DNA from: an uncultured Gemmatimonadales bacterium
GTDB lineage: Bacteria; Gemmatimonadota; Gemmatimonadetes; Gemmatimonadales; Gemmatimonadaceae
DNA: 64,000 bases
NCBI GenBank assembly: GCA_963793305.1
Contig: CAWBZV010000002.1
Coordinates: 832,001 to 896,000 of the forward strand
Reading direction: 5' to 3'
Every line of letters starts with the position of its first letter. The stretch's first letter is position 1. Positions 1 to 11,168 of this stretch are shown in pieces. Both the position numbers and the translations under genes were made by a program. Under the pieces are notes generated by a model. That model saw only the letters and a program-made list of their open reading frames with translations, ran no database searches and was not told the origin of the DNA.

Positions 1-341
1 GGCACATCAATGCCACCTTCGATCGCAACATAAATGAAGCGTCCAAAGAAGTGGATCGGTGGCGCAAGCGCGACCGAGTCGCCGACTCGCGCCGTCATGG
101 GCCGCGGCGCGCGGACGGCGCCCGTGACGACGTATTGGAGTGTGCGCCGGAAGATCAACGATCCGCCGCCGAGCGCCCACTCGATCACCGCCGCGTCGGG
201 AGGGTTGCCGACGAGGAAGTTGGCGAGGCGCATCGAGTCCGGGTCCATTGCGCCGGAGACTGGTACCCCAGAGGCACGATGGCCGAACCGACCTAGGTCC
301 TGCACCGTGGCAAACGGTGGCGCGGTCAAGATCTCGATCAT
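1..341 (-). CDS. pxpC: 5-oxoprolinase subunit C (runs off window start)
   Basis: Manual translation from ATG 341: MIEILTAPPFATVQDLGRFGHRASGVPVSGAMDP...LANFLVGNP, typical PxpC N-terminus; ATGA overlap with pxpB stop. Confidence 0.9.
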   Translation of the reverse strand, partial: MIEILTAPPFATVQDLGRFGHRASGVPVSGAMDPDSMRLANFLVGNPPDAAVIEWALGGGSLIFRRTLQYVVTGAVRAPRPMTARVGDSVALAPPIHFFGRFIYVAIEGGIDV

Positions 342-962
342 TCGGATGATGGGACGAAGCGAACGCGATCGCCGGCCGCGAGCGTGGCCGGCGGATTGGC
401 CTGCGGGTCGAACATCGGCATGCTGGTCTGGCCGATCAAGTGCCAGCCGCCGGCCGTCTGGAGGGGATAGACCCCGGTCTGACGTCCGGCAATGGCGACC
501 GAGCCGGCCGGCACGCGCGTGCGCGGCTGATCGCGCCGCGGAAGCTCGAGCGCGGGATCGAGCTCGCCCAGGTAGGCGAAACCTGGCACGAAGCCAATGA
601 GATAGACCGTGTACACGCGCGAGTGATGAAGCTCAATCACCCGCGCCACGGTCATCCCGGTCCTGTCGGCGACGTCCTGCAGGTCCGCGCCGTCATAGCG
701 CACCGGTATGACGTGCTCCGGACCGGCGGCTGGCTCCGCGTTCGCCGTCGCTATCACTGGCTCGACCGCCGAACGCATTGAATGCGTAGTCGGCCTCATA
801 GAAAACAGTCACCGTGGCGTATGCCGGCACGGCCTCGCGCACGCCTGATATCCCGCGGAGGCGGGCGGCGAGTCCGCGCGCCAGCGCGGCGAGTCCGGCG
901 TCCATCCGATCGCCGAGGCGAATCGTCAGCGCGCGATCACCCAGTGGCTCGATATCAGGCAT
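338..962 (-). CDS. pxpB: 5-oxoprolinase subunit B, split by a 1-nt insertion near 781 (probable sequencing error)
   Basis: N-part MPDIEPLGDRAL...VPAYATVTVFY (ORF 693-1091) and C-part IGFVPGFAYLG...PRTRVPAGSVAIAG...GGWHLIG (ORF 338-799) in different frames. Confidence 0.88.
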
Positions 963-1710
963 TGGCAAATGGACGCAGTGTGAGGCCATGTTCGGTGAGC
1001 GCGCGGCGCACGGCGCGGACGATCTCCAGCGCTCCCGGCGTATCCCCATGGACGCAGAGCGAATCGGCGTGCAATCGAATCGTCGAGCCATCGAGTGTTT
1101 CGACGTCGCCCACCGTCATCATGCGTACCGCCCGCGAGGCGACGACCGCGGGGTCGGTCAGGACCGAACCGGGGATGGAGCGAGAGACGAGGGAGCCGTC
1201 GGCCGCGTAGGCGCGGTCCGCGAACGCCTCTCGAGCCGCGACCAAGCCGGCGTCTCGCGCGACGTCGAGCATGAGGCTCCCCGCGAGGCAGAGCAGCACA
1301 AGCAATGGATCGGCGAGCCGGACGGCCTCGGCGATCGCCTTGGCAGCCGCCACGTCCTTGGCCGCGCGATTGTACAGCGCGCCATGCGCCTTCACGTACC
1401 GAACGCGCGTGCCGGCAGCATGACAGACCGCCTGCAGGGCGCCGATTTGATAGAGCACGTCGGCCGTGATCTCGGCCGGCGACGCCGCCAGATCGCGCCG
1501 CCCAAATCCGCGAGGGTCGGGGTAGCCGGGATGGGCGCCGACGACGATGCCGGCGCGGACGGCCGCATCGACCGTGGCCCGCATGGTCATGGGGTCGCCG
1601 GCGTGAAAGCCGCAGGCGACATTCGCCGAGGTCACGAGACCGGCGAGTGTCGCGTCGTTCCCTTGAACCTCACCCATGTCCGCGTTGAGGTCGACGGTGC
1701 GCCTGGGCAT
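955..1710 (-). CDS. pxpA: 5-oxoprolinase subunit A (LamB/YcsF family)
   Basis: DLNADMGE, SANVACGFHAGDP, GAHPGYPD, YVKAHGALYN, LCVHGDTP motifs. Confidence 0.95.
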   Translation of the reverse strand: MPRRTVDLNADMGEVQGNDATLAGLVTSANVACGFHAGDPMTMRATVDAAVRAGIVVGAHPGYPDPRGFGRRDLAASPAEITADVLYQIGALQAVCHAAGTRVRYVKAHGALYNRAAKDVAAAKAIAEAVRLADPLLVLLCLAGSLMLDVARDAGLVAAREAFADRAYAADGSLVSRSIPGSVLTDPAVVASRAVRMMTVGDVETLDGSTIRLHADSLCVHGDTPGALEIVRAVRRALTEHGLTLRPFANA

Positions 1711-1730
1711 GGTGAAGCATATCATAGGGC

Positions 1731-2987
1731 ATGCGATATCTCACAGTCGGTTGCTTGCTCGCCCTATCCGGCGCACTGCGGGCACAGGATACCACGACCT
1801 ACGTGCTCCGCCCGACCGCGGTGTTCGACGGCGTGGCCATGCATCCCGGTTGGTCCGTGCGCGTGCACGGGAACACCATCGTCGCCGCGGGCCCCACGGT
1901 CGACGCGGCTGGCGCGACCGTCATCACGCTGAGCGGCGCGACGGTCCTGCCAGGGCTCATCGACGCGCACTCGCATGTGTTCTTGCATCCGTACAATGAG
2001 ACCTTGTGGAATGACCAAGTGCTCAAGGAGCCATTGGTCCTTCGTGCTGCCCGGGCCGTCATGCACGCTCAGCGGACGCTCATGGCCGGGTTCACGACGC
2101 TACGGGATCTCGGGACCGAGGGCGCCCTCGACGGCGACGTCGCCATCAAGCAGGCGATCGAGCAAGGCATCATCCCAGGGCCACGTATGATCGTCGTCAC
2201 ACGCGCGATCGTCGCGACCGGTGCGTACGGACCGCCACGGTGGGCCTACTCGTTCGATCCGCCGCAGGGAGCGCAAGAGGCCGATCTCGCCACCATTCAG
2301 CACGTCGTGCGCGAGCAGATCGGGCACGGCGCCGATTGGGTCAAGCTGTACGCCGACTATCGCGTCGGCATGCATGGCGAGGAGGTCGCGACGTTTACGC
2401 AGGAGGAAATGACGCTGGCGACGAAAACGGCGCACGAGTACGGGCGACCCGTCGCGGTGCACGCGCAGACGGCCAATGGGATGCGACACGCCATCAACGC
2501 CGGCGTCGAGACCATCGAGCACGGCGACGGCGGTACACCCGACGTATTCCGCGAGATGGCCGCGAAGCACATTCCGTTGTGCCCGACGCTCGCGGCCGGC
2601 GAGGCCTACGCGCAGTACTTCCAGCACTGGCACAAAGGGGTCGATCCGGAGCCCGCGTCGGTCAAAGCCAAGCGGCAGAGCTTCAAGGCGGCGCTCGATG
2701 CCGGCGTGACGATTTGCAACGGCAGCGACGTGGGCGTCTTCGCGCACGGCGAGAATGCGCGCGAGGTCGAGCTGCTCGTCGATTACGGCATGACGCCCAT
2801 CGACGCCCTGCGCTCGGCAACGTCGATCGACGCGGACATTCTCAAGATGGGCGACAAGATCGGCAAGGTCACGCCGGGGCTCAAGGCCGATCTCATCGCC
2901 GTGAGCGGCGATCCCACGAAGGAGATCGCCGCTATCCGGCGGGTCGTGCTCGTGATGAAAGACGGCGTGATCTACAAGAAGCCGTAG
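1731..2987 (+). CDS. Secreted metal-dependent amidohydrolase (Xaa-Pro dipeptidase-like)
   Basis: Signal peptide; PGLIDAHSH, WVK, VAVHA, IEHG, GSD, ADLIAV motifs. Confidence 0.9.
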   Translation: MRYLTVGCLLALSGALRAQDTTTYVLRPTAVFDGVAMHPGWSVRVHGNTIVAAGPTVDAAGATVITLSGATVLPGLIDAHSHVFLHPYNETLWNDQVLKEPLVLRAARAVMHAQRTLMAGFTTLRDLGTEGALDGDVAIKQAIEQGIIPGPRMIVVTRAIVATGAYGPPRWAYSFDPPQGAQEADLATIQHVVREQIGHGADWVKLYADYRVGMHGEEVATFTQEEMTLATKTAHEYGRPVAVHAQTANGMRHAINAGVETIEHGDGGTPDVFREMAAKHIPLCPTLAAGEAYAQYFQHWHKGVDPEPASVKAKRQSFKAALDAGVTICNGSDVGVFAHGENAREVELLVDYGMTPIDALRSATSIDADILKMGDKIGKVTPGLKADLIAVSGDPTKEIAAIRRVVLVMKDGVIYKKP

Positions 2988-2988
2988 C

Positions 2989-4467
2989 CTACCTGAGCCC
3001 CATTGCCAGCACGATGTAGAAGCCGGCGGCGAACGTCGCGGCGCCGAGGAAGACGCAGACCGGCAAGGTGAGCACCCAGGCGAGCAGCAGGTTCCGCAGG
3101 GTGTCCATCTGCAGACCCGATCGATTCGCGGCCATCGTTCCGGCGACTCCGGACGACAGCACGTGGGTCGTCGAGACGGGGAGGCCGAAGTAGTCGGCGG
3201 CGCCGATCGTGCACATCGCGACCAGCTCGGCCGACGCGCCTTGCGCATACGTCAGGTGGCTCTTGCCGATCTTCTCGCCGACGGTGACGACGATGCGCTT
3301 CCACCCGATCATCGTGCCGAGACCGAGCGCGACCGCGACCGCGACTTTCACCCAGTTGGGGATGAACTTCGTCGCGTGCTCCATCCCTTTCTTGAGATCG
3401 ACGAGCTGCTTCTTCTCGGTGGAGTCCGGCAGCTTCTTCTGCTTGACGAGCTTGTCGATCGAGCTCTGCACGAGATACATCTCGGTGCGCACCGTCTTGC
3501 GATCGTCGCGCGAGAGATCGGCGAACTTCGTCTTGCCCTGCAGCTGACCGACGAGGATGTTGTTCTCCTCGGCGAGCGCGGCGAACGTCGTATCGCTCGC
3601 CTTCCCGCTCGTCTTGAGGAACGCCGAGAGCGCCTCGGCCGCCGCTTGCGGAGTAATCGGATCGCCGGGAGCGTGCTTCTGGAGCACCGGCTGAGACGCC
3701 TGAGCGTTCGCGACGATAGCGGAAATGTCCTTCTGGTTGTCGGCGGAGTTGAGCGCGTACGTGGCGGGGAGGATGCCGATCAAGATCAGCATGATGAGTC
3801 CCATGCCCTTCTGCCCGTCGTTCGAGCCGTGGGCGAAGCTCACACCCGTGCACGTCAGAATCAGCAAGCCACGAATCCAGTGCGGCGGGCCCTTTTCCGG
3901 ATCAGGCGGAGCATACAGCTCGGGACGTTTGATCAACGCCTTCGCGAGTAAGAGCAAGAGACCAGCGCAGCAGAATCCGACGACCGGCGAGATGAGCAGC
4001 GAGCTCCCGACCTCTTCCGCCTTCGCCCAGTTCACGCCTTCGCCGAAGACGTGCGACGACAGCATCGAGTTCGCGATGCCCACGCCCATGATCGAGCCGA
4101 TCAGCGTGTGCGAGCTCGACGCCGGCAGACCGAGGTACCAGGTGCCGAGGTTCCACAGAATCGCGGATATCAGCAGGGCGAATACCATTGCCCAACCCGC
4201 GCCCGAGCCGACGTTGATCACCAGCTCCACCGGCAACAACGCCACCACGGCAAATGCCACCGCGCCTGTCGACACGAGCACGCCGGTGAGGTTCCACAGT
4301 CCCGACCAGATGACCGCGATCCACGGCTTGAGCGAGTGCGTGTAGATGACCGTCGCGACCGCGTTCGCGGTGTCGTGAAAGCCGTTCACAAATTCGAAGC
4401 TCAGGGCCAACCCCAGCGCGAGCATCAGGAACAGCCCAGTCACCATCGAAATCGGTTCGCCAAACAC
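2989..4467 (-). CDS. pitA: Inorganic phosphate transporter, PiT family
   Basis: FEFVNGFHDTANAVAT, HGSNDGQKGMG, GLPVSTTH signature motifs. Confidence 0.95.
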   Translation of the reverse strand: MFGEPISMVTGLFLMLALGLALSFEFVNGFHDTANAVATVIYTHSLKPWIAVIWSGLWNLTGVLVSTGAVAFAVVALLPVELVINVGSGAGWAMVFALLISAILWNLGTWYLGLPASSSHTLIGSIMGVGIANSMLSSHVFGEGVNWAKAEEVGSSLLISPVVGFCCAGLLLLLAKALIKRPELYAPPDPEKGPPHWIRGLLILTCTGVSFAHGSNDGQKGMGLIMLILIGILPATYALNSADNQKDISAIVANAQASQPVLQKHAPGDPITPQAAAEALSAFLKTSGKASDTTFAALAEENNILVGQLQGKTKFADLSRDDRKTVRTEMYLVQSSIDKLVKQKKLPDSTEKKQLVDLKKGMEHATKFIPNWVKVAVAVALGLGTMIGWKRIVVTVGEKIGKSHLTYAQGASAELVAMCTIGAADYFGLPVSTTHVLSSGVAGTMAANRSGLQMDTLRNLLLAWVLTLPVCVFLGAATFAAGFYIVLAMGLR

Positions 4468-4526
4468 GAAACCCCCTGTCAGTTATGCGTAGCGCTGCGT
4501 TCTCTAGCGGAGCACTAGGTTCGGCG

Positions 4527-4559
4527 TAGAAAGGCCGCGCCACCAGCAGTGGCGCGGCC
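4527..4559 (-). terminator. Putative intrinsic terminator after DUF2723 gene
   Basis: GGCCGCGCCAC-N5-GTGGCGCGGCC perfect stem followed by TTTCT on minus strand. Confidence 0.55.
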
Positions 4560-4587
4560 CGTTACAAAACTGAAACGCCGATCTGAC

Positions 4588-6970
4588 CTAGCGCCGAGCC
4601 GGGGGTGCCGGTGTGGGCGTGCGGCGTGGACCCGGGAGCGTGATGCCAGTATCGCCAAATGGAGTTGGCGGTGGCGGCGCGGCTGGCGCAGGTCCAAGGA
4701 GCTCATTCAAGTGCGAGGCCTTGGCGACGTTCTGCGCGGTCTCGAACACCGTATGTGCGTCCTTGGTGTCGCCCGTTTGCGTCAATGCCTCAGCAAGGAA
4801 ATATCCGTTCATGACGTACAGCGCGGGAATGTTTACCGACGGCTTGTCGATCCAGTCGCCGCGCTTGATCAGCGACTTCGGCGCCTCGAAATCCTGTTGC
4901 CAGAGCGCAAGCGACCGGTTGACGTCGAACCAGCCCTCGCCGGGCACGTTGATCGTGTCCTTGGTCGTCTTTGGTACGGTTGGCAGGATCTTCCGGGCAA
5001 GACCCTGGCTCAGCAGGTAGTCTTGCAGTCCCAGCTGCCGGCCGTAGTTGCCCGACGTGCTGCTCAAGTAGACCGTTCGGGTGTCATTGTCGAGGATGAG
5101 ACGCAACACAAACACGTCGGCGCGCTCGAGCAACCCGTGCTGGAGGTTGCGCGGGTCGATCGTCGCGACGATGTCGGTGCCGGCTTTCTTGAAGATCTGC
5201 GGGCCCGGCAGCTCGACCGCGAGCGGGACGGCGTCGGCGTCGGCGATAGACATCTTGAGCACGGAACCCGTCGGCTTGGGCCATGCATGCCCGCGATAGA
5301 CCGCTGGGCCCTTGAGCGAGTCGTACGTGTACACGGGCCGGCGGATCATCTGGCGGGTGAACCAGTCGGTATTGAGGAGCGAGGTATTCGCGATGATGAC
5401 GTCCTTGCGAATCCCCTCGACCTCCTGGGCATACCACAAGGGGAACGTGTCGTTGTCACCGACCGTCACCAATACACCGTAGGGTTCAACGGAGTCGAGC
5501 AAATCGTGCGCGAAGTCGCGCGTGTCCGTCTGATGCGCGCGTGATGCCGCGTGCCAGTTCGTGAACAGCGGGATACACGCGATCGCGAAGACTGGCGTCG
5601 TCACGAGCCAGCTGAACTTCTTGGGCACGGCGCCCGCGCCGCGCGGGCCGGGTTCCGTGCCGACGATGGTGGCGACGGATTCCCACAAGAACACGAGGCC
5701 GAGGGCGGCCCACACGCTCCACGCCGAGTAGCTCCACAAGTAGAAGTAGTCTCGGTCACGCACCTCTCGTGCGACCGAGTCCCCGAGCTCCGGCGACTCC
5801 GAGTACCCGTACTTGAAGTTCAGGTACACGATGAGCGCGATCGTCACCGTGAAGATGAGTGGCCCGAAGAACCAGAAACTTCGTCGGTCATACTTCCAAT
5901 GGGTGTAGGCCCCCAACAGACCGAGGAAGAAGAACGTCACCGCCAGCGCGGCTTGCCATCCCTGATTCTGGTCGTGCGGATCACGGATCCACTGCCACTT
6001 GAAGTAGAGCCACCACATGTTGACCTGGGCCGGGAACGGCGCCTGCCGGTCGCTCACGTCGGGCTTGCCGTACTGCACGCGGTTGACGTTGTCCATCAAC
6101 CGTTGATAGGTGACTTTGTCGAACGTGCACTTCGCCGTGATGGTGGTCGTGCAGGCCGTGGGCTCGCCTTCGTTGATCGCCGGGAAGTGCGCGGCGCGGA
6201 GCGGCTCGAAGATGAACGGCGTGAGCCCGATCCCGGCCGCCACGACGCACGAGAGGATCAGCTGCCAGCGGATCAGCGTTTTCGGCCGGCGCACGAGCAC
6301 GGCCACGACAACCGCCGGCGCGACGAGGAACCCGGCCGGGTGGTTCGCGTATCCGAGCCCGCAGAGATACGCGCAGAGCACGAGCAGCCGGTCAGCCTTG
6401 GGACCGTCCGGGTCATCGCACCAACGGACCGTGAGCCACGCGACGATGGCGAAGAACAACAGCGCGACCGTGTACACCTTCTCGTTCACGACCGATTGGT
6501 TCCAGACCGTGAATGCCGTCGCGCCAATGAGCACCGCGGCGGACGCGCCGAGGATGCGCTGCCAACGGTAGGGCAGCCAACTGGCGAGCACGCGCTCCGT
6601 GATGAGGAACCACATGCCGGCCGAGGCGGCGCTGCAGGCGGCTGCCAGGAGGTTGATGCGGGAGGCGAAGTTCGGCCCGATCGGGAGGATGCCGATCGTG
6701 TGGCCGAGGATCACGAAGAACGGGTTGCCCGGCGGGTGGGGAATGCCGAGGACGTACGCGGCCGCAATGTACTCGCTCGTGTCCCACATCGCCGTCGACG
6801 GCGCGAGCGTGAGGATATAGAGACCGAACACGAGGACAGCGGCGATCGCCGCCGCGCCGTACGACGGTCGCTCATCTATCTCAGCCGCGGCTGGGGCCCG
6901 CCGTGTGCTGGCGGAGGGACGGTAGTCGAACGTCCCGGGCCTTGCCGCTCTTGACGGTCGAAGATGCCAT
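4588..6970 (-). CDS. DUF2723 (TMEM260-like) multi-TM GT-C glycosyltransferase; start uncertain
   Basis: WDTSEY, GIPHPPGNP, EVRDRDYFY, GDNDTFPLWYAQEVEG motifs; nearest plausible ATG (6970, MASSTVK) needs a 1-nt correction to join the frame. Confidence 0.85.
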
Positions 6971-6992
6971 AGCCCAATAATTTGACACTCGG

Positions 6993-8526
6993 CTAGTGCC
7001 TGAACAACCGTCGCCCGGTCAGGATCATGGCGATCCCGTGCTCGTCGGCCGCCGCAATGACCTCGGCGTCCCGGACAGAGCCCCCGGGCTGGATCACGGC
7101 GCTGACGCCCGCCTGGGCTGCCTGGTCGACCCCGTCGCGGAACGGAAAGTAGGCGTCCGACCCCAACACCGCCCCGGCGGTCTCGAGGCCTGCCGCCCGG
7201 GCTTTGTGCACCGCCAGGAACGACGCGTCGACCCGCGACATCTGCCCGGCGCCGATGCCGATCGTGGCGCCGTCGCGGGCCAGGACAATGGCGTTGCTCT
7301 TCACGCTCGCCACGGTGCGCCAGGCGAACTCGAGATCCCTCCGCTCGGCCTCCGTGGGCGAGCGCTTGGTCACGACCTTCCACTCGTCGGAGACGGCCGG
7401 AGGCGCGACGCGATCCTGGACGAGGATGCCGCCGCGCACGCGCTTGATGTCGAGGCCCTTGGCGCCCCACGCCGCGCGGCCGGCGAGGATCCGCAGATTT
7501 TTCTTGCGGCCCAGCACCTCGATCGCGCCGTCGCTGAACGCCGGCGCCACGATGCACTCGACGAACAGTGAGGCGATCGCGTTCGCGGCCTCATCGTCGA
7601 CGATCGTCGTGAAGGCGATCACCGAGCCGAACGCCGAGACTGGGTCGGTGGCGAGCGCTTTCTTGTAGGCTTGCACCGCCGTCGCGCCGGTCGCCAGCCC
7701 GCTCGGCGTCGTGTGCTTGATGATCGCGCAGCACGTCTCACCCAAGAACGGCTCGATGGCCATGAGCGCGCCATCCAAGTCGAGCAGGTTGTTGAACGAC
7801 AGCTCCTTGCCGCCGAGCTGCTGCAGAGCGGCGAGGCCAGCGCCCGCGTGTTCGACGTAGTATGCCGCGTGCTGATCCGGGTTTTCGCCGTACCGAAGCG
7901 TCTGGGCTCGCTCGAATGCCAACGTCAGTCGCTCGGGGAACGCATCGCCGCGTCTGTTCCGCAAACCATTTCGCGACCGCCGCGTCATAGGCAGATGTGT
8001 GCTCGAACACTTTCTCGGCCAACCGCCTCCGCAGCGCGCCGTCCACTTGGTTGGCGCGAAGCGCGGCCAGGATGGCTCGATAGTCACCGGGGTCGACCAC
8101 GGGCAACACGTGCGCGAAATTCTTGGCGGCCGAGCGGAGCAGGGCAGGGCCACCGATGTCGATGCGCTCGATGACCTCATCGGGCGAGATCCCGGCCGTC
8201 GCTGCCGCGGCGGCGAATGCGTAGAGATTCACGACCACGAGATCGATCAGTCGAAACCCGGCGCGTGATACCTGTTCCATATGAGCGGGATCGTCCCGGC
8301 GCGCGAGAATGCCGCCATGGATCGCGGGATGCAGCGTCTTCACGCGACCATCGAGCATTTCCGCCAAGCCAGTCTCCTGGCTTACTTCGCGAACCGTGAG
8401 GCCGGCATCGCGCAGGAGCGAGGCCGTACCACCGGTGGAGATCAATTCCCATCCGAGATCGGCCAACCCGCGGGCGAAGTCGACGAGTCCGGTTTTGTCA
8501 GTGACCGACAGGAGCGCAATCGGCAT
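6993..8526 (-). CDS. purH: Bifunctional AICAR transformylase/IMP cyclohydrolase, 1-nt frameshift near 7953
   Basis: [24 protein letters not shown] in ORF 7738-8550; [36 protein letters not shown] in ORF 6993-8180. Confidence 0.95.
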
Positions 8527-8527
8527 G

Positions 8528-10552
8528 TTACTTGGCCGGTGCGACGGCAACCGCCGCGATCAAGAGTCCCAGTGCGTGCAGATCCGACAGGTCGATGACC
8601 TCGGCCGGCGAGTGGCTGTACCGGAGCGGCCATGCCAGCGGTACGTCGATCGCGCCGTAGCGCACGAACTCGGAGCCGTCGTTCCCACCGTTCGTTGTCC
8701 CGATCTGCAACGGGATGTGCGAAGCCTCGGCGATCCGCCGCACACGCTCGACCTCGGCCGCCGGGGTGACGCTGGAGTTGTCGTGCGCGCGTTCGACGGC
8801 GCCCGCGCCTATCGGTGCGTAGGCGAAGCGCTGCGACTCGAGTGGGGAGTCTGATGACACGAACGTGTCGACCGCGTGAACCCGTTTGACGCTCGTGCCG
8901 AACTCCGCCGCCAATGCCGCCGCACCATTGAGTCCGACCTCTTCTCGGGTGGAGAACGCAAAGATGACCGTGTGATCCAGCTTCGTCGGATCGATTTGCT
9001 GCATGGCGAGCAGGAGCGAGGTCACACCTGTCCGGTCATCCAGCGCTCGCACGGTGTAGCGCGTCGGCCCGAGGCGGGTCGGGTGCTTGGTTGATGTCAC
9101 ACCCTGCCCGACGTGCACACCACACGCCACCAGCGCCGCGGAGTCGACGCCAAACCAGGCCGAGAGCGTGTCGGGCTGCTTCACGGTCGCCTTGTCTCGC
9201 GGGATAAAGACGCCGCGCATGGGCGTGTCGCACTTCGTCACTTCATGCAGAAGCGCGCGCTGGCCTTCCCACAAGGACGGGTAAAATCCGCCCAGTGGTT
9301 TGAGCACCACGCGGCCGTCGTGCTCGATGCGGACGATGTCGAATCCGAGCTCGTCGAGATGCGCGACGAAGACGACGGTGTCCTTTGGAGGGCCAGCGAC
9401 GACGAACAGGTTGCCGGCGGTATCGACAGCGGGGCCGAGTACGTTCCAGGCGCGCGGAATCAGGCCACGAACGGTGCGGCGGACGTCGGCTTCATGACCG
9501 GACGGCCCGTAGACGGTGCTGACCTGCGTCAGAAGATCGGCGACAGGAGTGAGGCTGTCAGCGGTCGCGGGAGCAGCCGGTGGCACCGTCGGCACCCCGT
9601 GCAGCGCCGCGGGGGCCGCCGACGCGACACCGGCAGACTGCGCCACGGCGCCCGCGAGCGAGGTGATGTCGCTCGCTCGTAAGGACTCGACGAGCGTGCC
9701 GGGATAACGCGCGCGGACGCCGATAGCGATCGTAGTGCCGACGCGAGGCGTGGCCGGTGCGTCGGCGCGCATCACAGCAAACGTCGTGTCGGCCGGCGTG
9801 AGTCCTGGCTCGACGAGGACGAGCGTGTCGACTCGGCCCAACCGGGCGAGCACGGACTGGAGGCCGGTTCTGGCATAACTGTGCTGGACGGCCAGCACGA
9901 AGATGGTCTCGCCACCCCGGGTGGGCTTTGCGCTCGCAGCGCCGGCGACGACCGCGCAGCTCGCCCGCGCGGCGGCCTCGGGTCCTGCGACGTACTCACC
10001 GTACCGCCAAGGTGCCCACTGCTTCGCGACCGGGTCGAGGATCACGATCCCCATCTGCGCGACCTCGGCGCGCGACCGTGCGCCGACGTCGAGCCAGAGG
10101 TCATCGATGGTGACCGGCGCTTCCGGCGTGCTCCGACGGCGCCAGAGGTGTGTGCTCTTGACCGCGATCACGCCCGGGAGCGCGCCGTTCTTGGTCAGCA
10201 CGCGGACGCGCTGGCCCTCGTGGAACTGGTCCCACAATGGCGAGTGGCGAGACCGCTCGGGTGCCGCCAGTCGCAGATAGCCCGCATCCGTGATCTCGGA
10301 GACGATGTAGCCGCCATCGTCCAGCCCGCAGGCGACGACACGGCGAGGCGAGCCGCTACCCACGCGCTTGACCAGGTTGCCGAGCGCGTCGGTCGTCCAG
10401 CCTGGGAGGCTGGCCGAGATGATCTGCGTCGCGCTGCCTTCCTGGCCTGGCGGCGCATCGAGCGCGATCCAATCAGAGATCGTCTCCGTCACCTGAGCCG
10501 TCGCGGATGTCGCGACGACGCACAAGGCGGCCAGCGCGGCTAGTGTGCGAAT
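8528..10552 (-). CDS. Secreted two-domain M42/M28-type metallopeptidase (degenerate N-domain + catalytic C-domain)
   Basis: Signal peptide RTLAALAALCVVATSATA; domain 1 has CGLDD in place of HxD; domain 2 has AHLDE, ALDDRTG, STREEVG, YSHSP; start placed at an ATT with GGGAG 8 nt upstream. Confidence 0.85.
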   Translation of the reverse strand: MRTLAALAALCVVATSATAQVTETISDWIALDAPPGQEGSATQIISASLPGWTTDALGNLVKRVGSGSPRRVVACGLDDGGYIVSEITDAGYLRLAAPERSRHSPLWDQFHEGQRVRVLTKNGALPGVIAVKSTHLWRRRSTPEAPVTIDDLWLDVGARSRAEVAQMGIVILDPVAKQWAPWRYGEYVAGPEAAARASCAVVAGAASAKPTRGGETIFVLAVQHSYARTGLQSVLARLGRVDTLVLVEPGLTPADTTFAVMRADAPATPRVGTTIAIGVRARYPGTLVESLRASDITSLAGAVAQSAGVASAAPAALHGVPTVPPAAPATADSLTPVADLLTQVSTVYGPSGHEADVRRTVRGLIPRAWNVLGPAVDTAGNLFVVAGPPKDTVVFVAHLDELGFDIVRIEHDGRVVLKPLGGFYPSLWEGQRALLHEVTKCDTPMRGVFIPRDKATVKQPDTLSAWFGVDSAALVACGVHVGQGVTSTKHPTRLGPTRYTVRALDDRTGVTSLLLAMQQIDPTKLDHTVIFAFSTREEVGLNGAAALAAEFGTSVKRVHAVDTFVSSDSPLESQRFAYAPIGAGAVERAHDNSSVTPAAEVERVRRIAEASHIPLQIGTTNGGNDGSEFVRYGAIDVPLAWPLRYSHSPAEVIDLSDLHALGLLIAAVAVAPAK

Positions 10553-11168
10553 GGGTCGTTCTCCCTCAGATGGTGAAGGTCGCCTATGACTCGTCCGTCC
10601 GCCCCAAGTGTAATGCGTCCGGCCGCGACCGCGGCGACGGAGTGGGGATAGATCTTGTGCTCGACTTCTAACGTGCGAGCCGCCAACGTCGCTGGCGTGT
10701 CGTTGGGCTGCACCCAGACTGGCGCTTGGGCGATGATCGGGCCACGGTCGTAGTCGGCGTCGACGAAATGCACGGTCGCGCCAGTGATTTTCACGCCGGC
10801 TGCCAGGACCGCCGCGTGCACGCGCTCGCCGTACATGCCCGCGCCGCCGAATGCGGGCAGAAGCGACGGATGAATATTGACTATGCGCCCGCGAAACGCG
10901 CGGGTGACGGCGTCGGGCACATGCTTGAGGTATCCCGCCAACGCGATGAGCTCGATGTGATGGCGCCGGAGCATCGCCAACATCGCCTCGGCATTGGACG
11001 GCTGCTCTATCAACCCGGTCGGGATGCCGCGAGCTCTGGCCTTCGCGAGCGCGCCGGCATCGGCTCGATTCGACGCCACAAGGGCTAAGGGCATTCTGCT
11101 CGGCGATTGCTTGCATGTTGCTGCCGCCGCCCGAAGCAAATACCGCGATGCGTGCCTGAAGCGCCATG
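10540..11168 (-). CDS. purN: Phosphoribosylglycinamide formyltransferase, 1-nt insertion near 11094; in frame with upstream gmhB-like domain
   Basis: RIAVFASGGGSNMQAI, LAGYLK, NIHPSLLPAFGG, GATVHFVD..YDRGPII motifs. Confidence 0.92.

Noticed and set aside
6971..7557. Long N-terminal extension of the DUF2723 ORF
   Set aside because: Alternative frame of purH with Arg/Gly-rich shadow composition
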